This document shows, one piece after another, positions 18,441-20,000 of a stretch of DNA of 20,000 nt. Origin of the DNA: Nitrososphaeria archaeon (GTDB taxonomy: Archaea; Thermoproteota; Nitrososphaeria; JACIWG01). The notes beneath the pieces were generated by a model that was not told the origin of the DNA, did no database searches, and saw only the letters and a list, made by a program, of their open reading frames with translations. The stretch lies in NCBI GenBank assembly GCA_050011875.1, contig JBEKIG010000015.1:73134-93133 (forward strand), in the 5' to 3' direction. Position 1 is the first letter of the stretch. Each line of letters begins with the position of its first letter. The translations under genes were made by a program, and so were the position numbers.

Positions 18441-19625
18441 ATGTCAGCAATAGAAATTTTAGAGAACATCTTCTGGGTTGGTGTTGTAGACTGGAACGCC
18501 AGAAACTTCCATGGTTTTACTTATTCAACCCATAGGGGAACTACCTACAACGCCTACTTAATAGTCGATGAAAAGGTTACATTGGTCGATAGCGTCTATG
18601 GACCATTCTCAGAGGAAATGATAGAAAGGATAAAGGATGTTATTGAACCTTCCAAGATAGATTACATCATAGCAAACCATGTTGAGACAGACCACTCCGG
18701 AGCCATAGGCGAGGTGCTAAAATTAGCTCCAAATGCCAAGGTTATAGGAACAGCGAAATGTAAGACTGGTCTGGAAAAACATTATTTTGGTAACTGGAAC
18801 TTTCAAGTTGTAAAGACGGGCGATCAGTTAAACCTTGGAAAACGGACACTAACGTTTCTTGAAGCCCCGATGCTTCACTGGCCTGATAGTATGTTCACCT
18901 ACGTGGAGAAGGACGAGTTATTGCTTCCGAATGATGCCTTTGGCCAACATCTTGCGACTTCAAAACGTTTTGATGATGAAGTTGACGAAAGAATACTGAT
19001 GGAAGAAGCTGCCAAATATTATGCTAACATACTATGGCCCCTTAGCCAACTGGTAAAGAGGAAGATCGAAGAAGTACAAAGGATAGGGTTGAAGATTAAG
19101 ATGATAGCCCCGAGTCATGGCATTATCTGGCGTAGCAACCCAATGAAGATAATTGAAGCATATCTTAGATGGGCGAACGGAGAATCGAACAAGAAGGTAA
19201 TTGTTGTATATGATACGATGTGGGGTAGCACGGAGAAGATGGCTAAAGCCATAGTAGAAGGTTTAGAGCATGAAGGCGTGGTAACCTCTCTATTCAGGCT
19301 TCCGTATTCTGACAGAAGCGACATCTTCATGGAGCTTCTTGAATCAAAGGGAATAATTATCGGTTCATCGACGATCAATAACGGTATATTACCAACGTTG
19401 GCCCCATTCCTTGAAGAATTGGAAGGGTTTAAGCCCCTCAAGAAGGTCGCAGCAACCTTTGGCTCCTATGGATGGGGAGGACAGGCGACTAAGATAATAG
19501 AAGAAAGACTCGGAAAGGCAGGAATAGAAGTTGTTGCTCCACCACTAAAAGTTAATTGGGCGCCTAACAAAGAAGAGATTAAAAGGTGCTTTGAATTAGG
19601 TCAAGAGTTCTCTAAAAAACTCTAA
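18441..19625 (+). CDS. fprA: FprA-family A-type flavoprotein (flavodiiron protein; O2/NO reductase or F420H2 oxidase-like)
   Basis: Metallo-beta-lactamase diiron motifs NHVETDHSG, NDAFGQH and APSHGIIW; C-terminal flavodoxin domain VVYDTMWGSTEKMAKAIVEGL. Confidence 0.94.
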   Translation: MSAIEILENIFWVGVVDWNARNFHGFTYSTHRGTTYNAYLIVDEKVTLVDSVYGPFSEEMIERIKDVIEPSKIDYIIANHVETDHSGAIGEVLKLAPNAKVIGTAKCKTGLEKHYFGNWNFQVVKTGDQLNLGKRTLTFLEAPMLHWPDSMFTYVEKDELLLPNDAFGQHLATSKRFDDEVDERILMEEAAKYYANILWPLSQLVKRKIEEVQRIGLKIKMIAPSHGIIWRSNPMKIIEAYLRWANGESNKKVIVVYDTMWGSTEKMAKAIVEGLEHEGVVTSLFRLPYSDRSDIFMELLESKGIIIGSSTINNGILPTLAPFLEELEGFKPLKKVAATFGSYGWGGQATKIIEERLGKAGIEVVAPPLKVNWAPNKEEIKRCFELGQEFSKKL

Positions 19626-19746
19626 TCGTTGAAATCCTTCCCATATTCTCTTCTAAACGTTCAATGCGAAGTTGACTCAGCTGATGTAGACTCGTCTTAG
19701 GATAAAATCTAATTCGATACGTTACAACAGAAAGAAAGTCGTATTG

Positions 19747-20000
19747 TCAGCTTCTTTTTTCAAAGGATGATTCCTTTAGTATGTAGATACAGGATGGCTT
19801 TTTAGTGAAGAGACCAACTTCAATTACTCCTGGTTGGGCTTTTATCCTATGTTCCAAATCGATGGCATCAGATATTCCATTAAAGGAGACATCTATAATC
19901 ATGTTACCACCTTCAGTGAACATGGGAAAGCCCCTCTGATCTTTCCTCAGTTCTGAACTTGCACCTAATTCCTTCATATAATTTGTTACGAAAGATGAAG
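19747..20000 (-). CDS. rpiA: Ribose-5-phosphate isomerase A, C-terminal part (gene continues past the right edge)
   Basis: Minus frame is open to the window edge (..SSFVTNYMKELGASSELRKDQRGFPMFTEGGNMIIDVSFNGISDAIDLEHRIKAQPGVIEVGLF), matching the RpiA C-terminal pattern. Confidence 0.88.
   Translation of the reverse strand, partial: SSFVTNYMKELGASSELRKDQRGFPMFTEGGNMIIDVSFNGISDAIDLEHRIKAQPGVIEVGLFTKKPSCIYILKESSFEKRS

Noticed and set aside
1-20000. CRISPR arrays, IS elements, toxin-antitoxin or defence systems
   Set aside because: Read through both strands looking for regularly spaced direct repeats, terminal inverted repeats with transposase, and cas or nuclease genes; none seen. The tRNA genes have no adjacent integrase or visible attachment-site duplication.

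Overview
This window looks like an ordinary archaeal chromosome segment. The lineage is not resolvable from sequence alone, but a Thermoproteota/TACK-like archaeon is plausible given archaeal DnaG, a DUF1512 protein, archaeal PheS/PheT and type II MetAP. It carries an information-processing block (dnaG 5' part, small Toprim protein, pheT, pheS, divergent trpS), archaeal PPAT, map, a zinc-ribbon/DUF1512 pair, DUF488, a zinc alcohol dehydrogenase, a NUDIX hydrolase, msrA, an MFS transporter, a DUF438/hemerythrin/PAS protein, DUF116, an A-type flavoprotein and the 3' part of rpiA. RNA genes absent from the ORF track are a stand-alone 5S rRNA gene (minus strand), an intron-containing tRNA-Trp(CCA), tRNA-Ala(CGC), tRNA-Phe(GAA), tRNA-Gly(GCC) and tRNA-Ala(GGC). 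I see no CRISPR array, complete insertion element, defence island or convincing new multi-gene system. The points most worth a second look are the orphan 5S/tRNA-Trp divergent pair with a near-palindromic AT core, the imperfect BHB of the tRNA-Trp intron, a cytochrome-oxidase-subunit-II-like fragment, and several short unannotated coding-like stretches in long intergenic regions.
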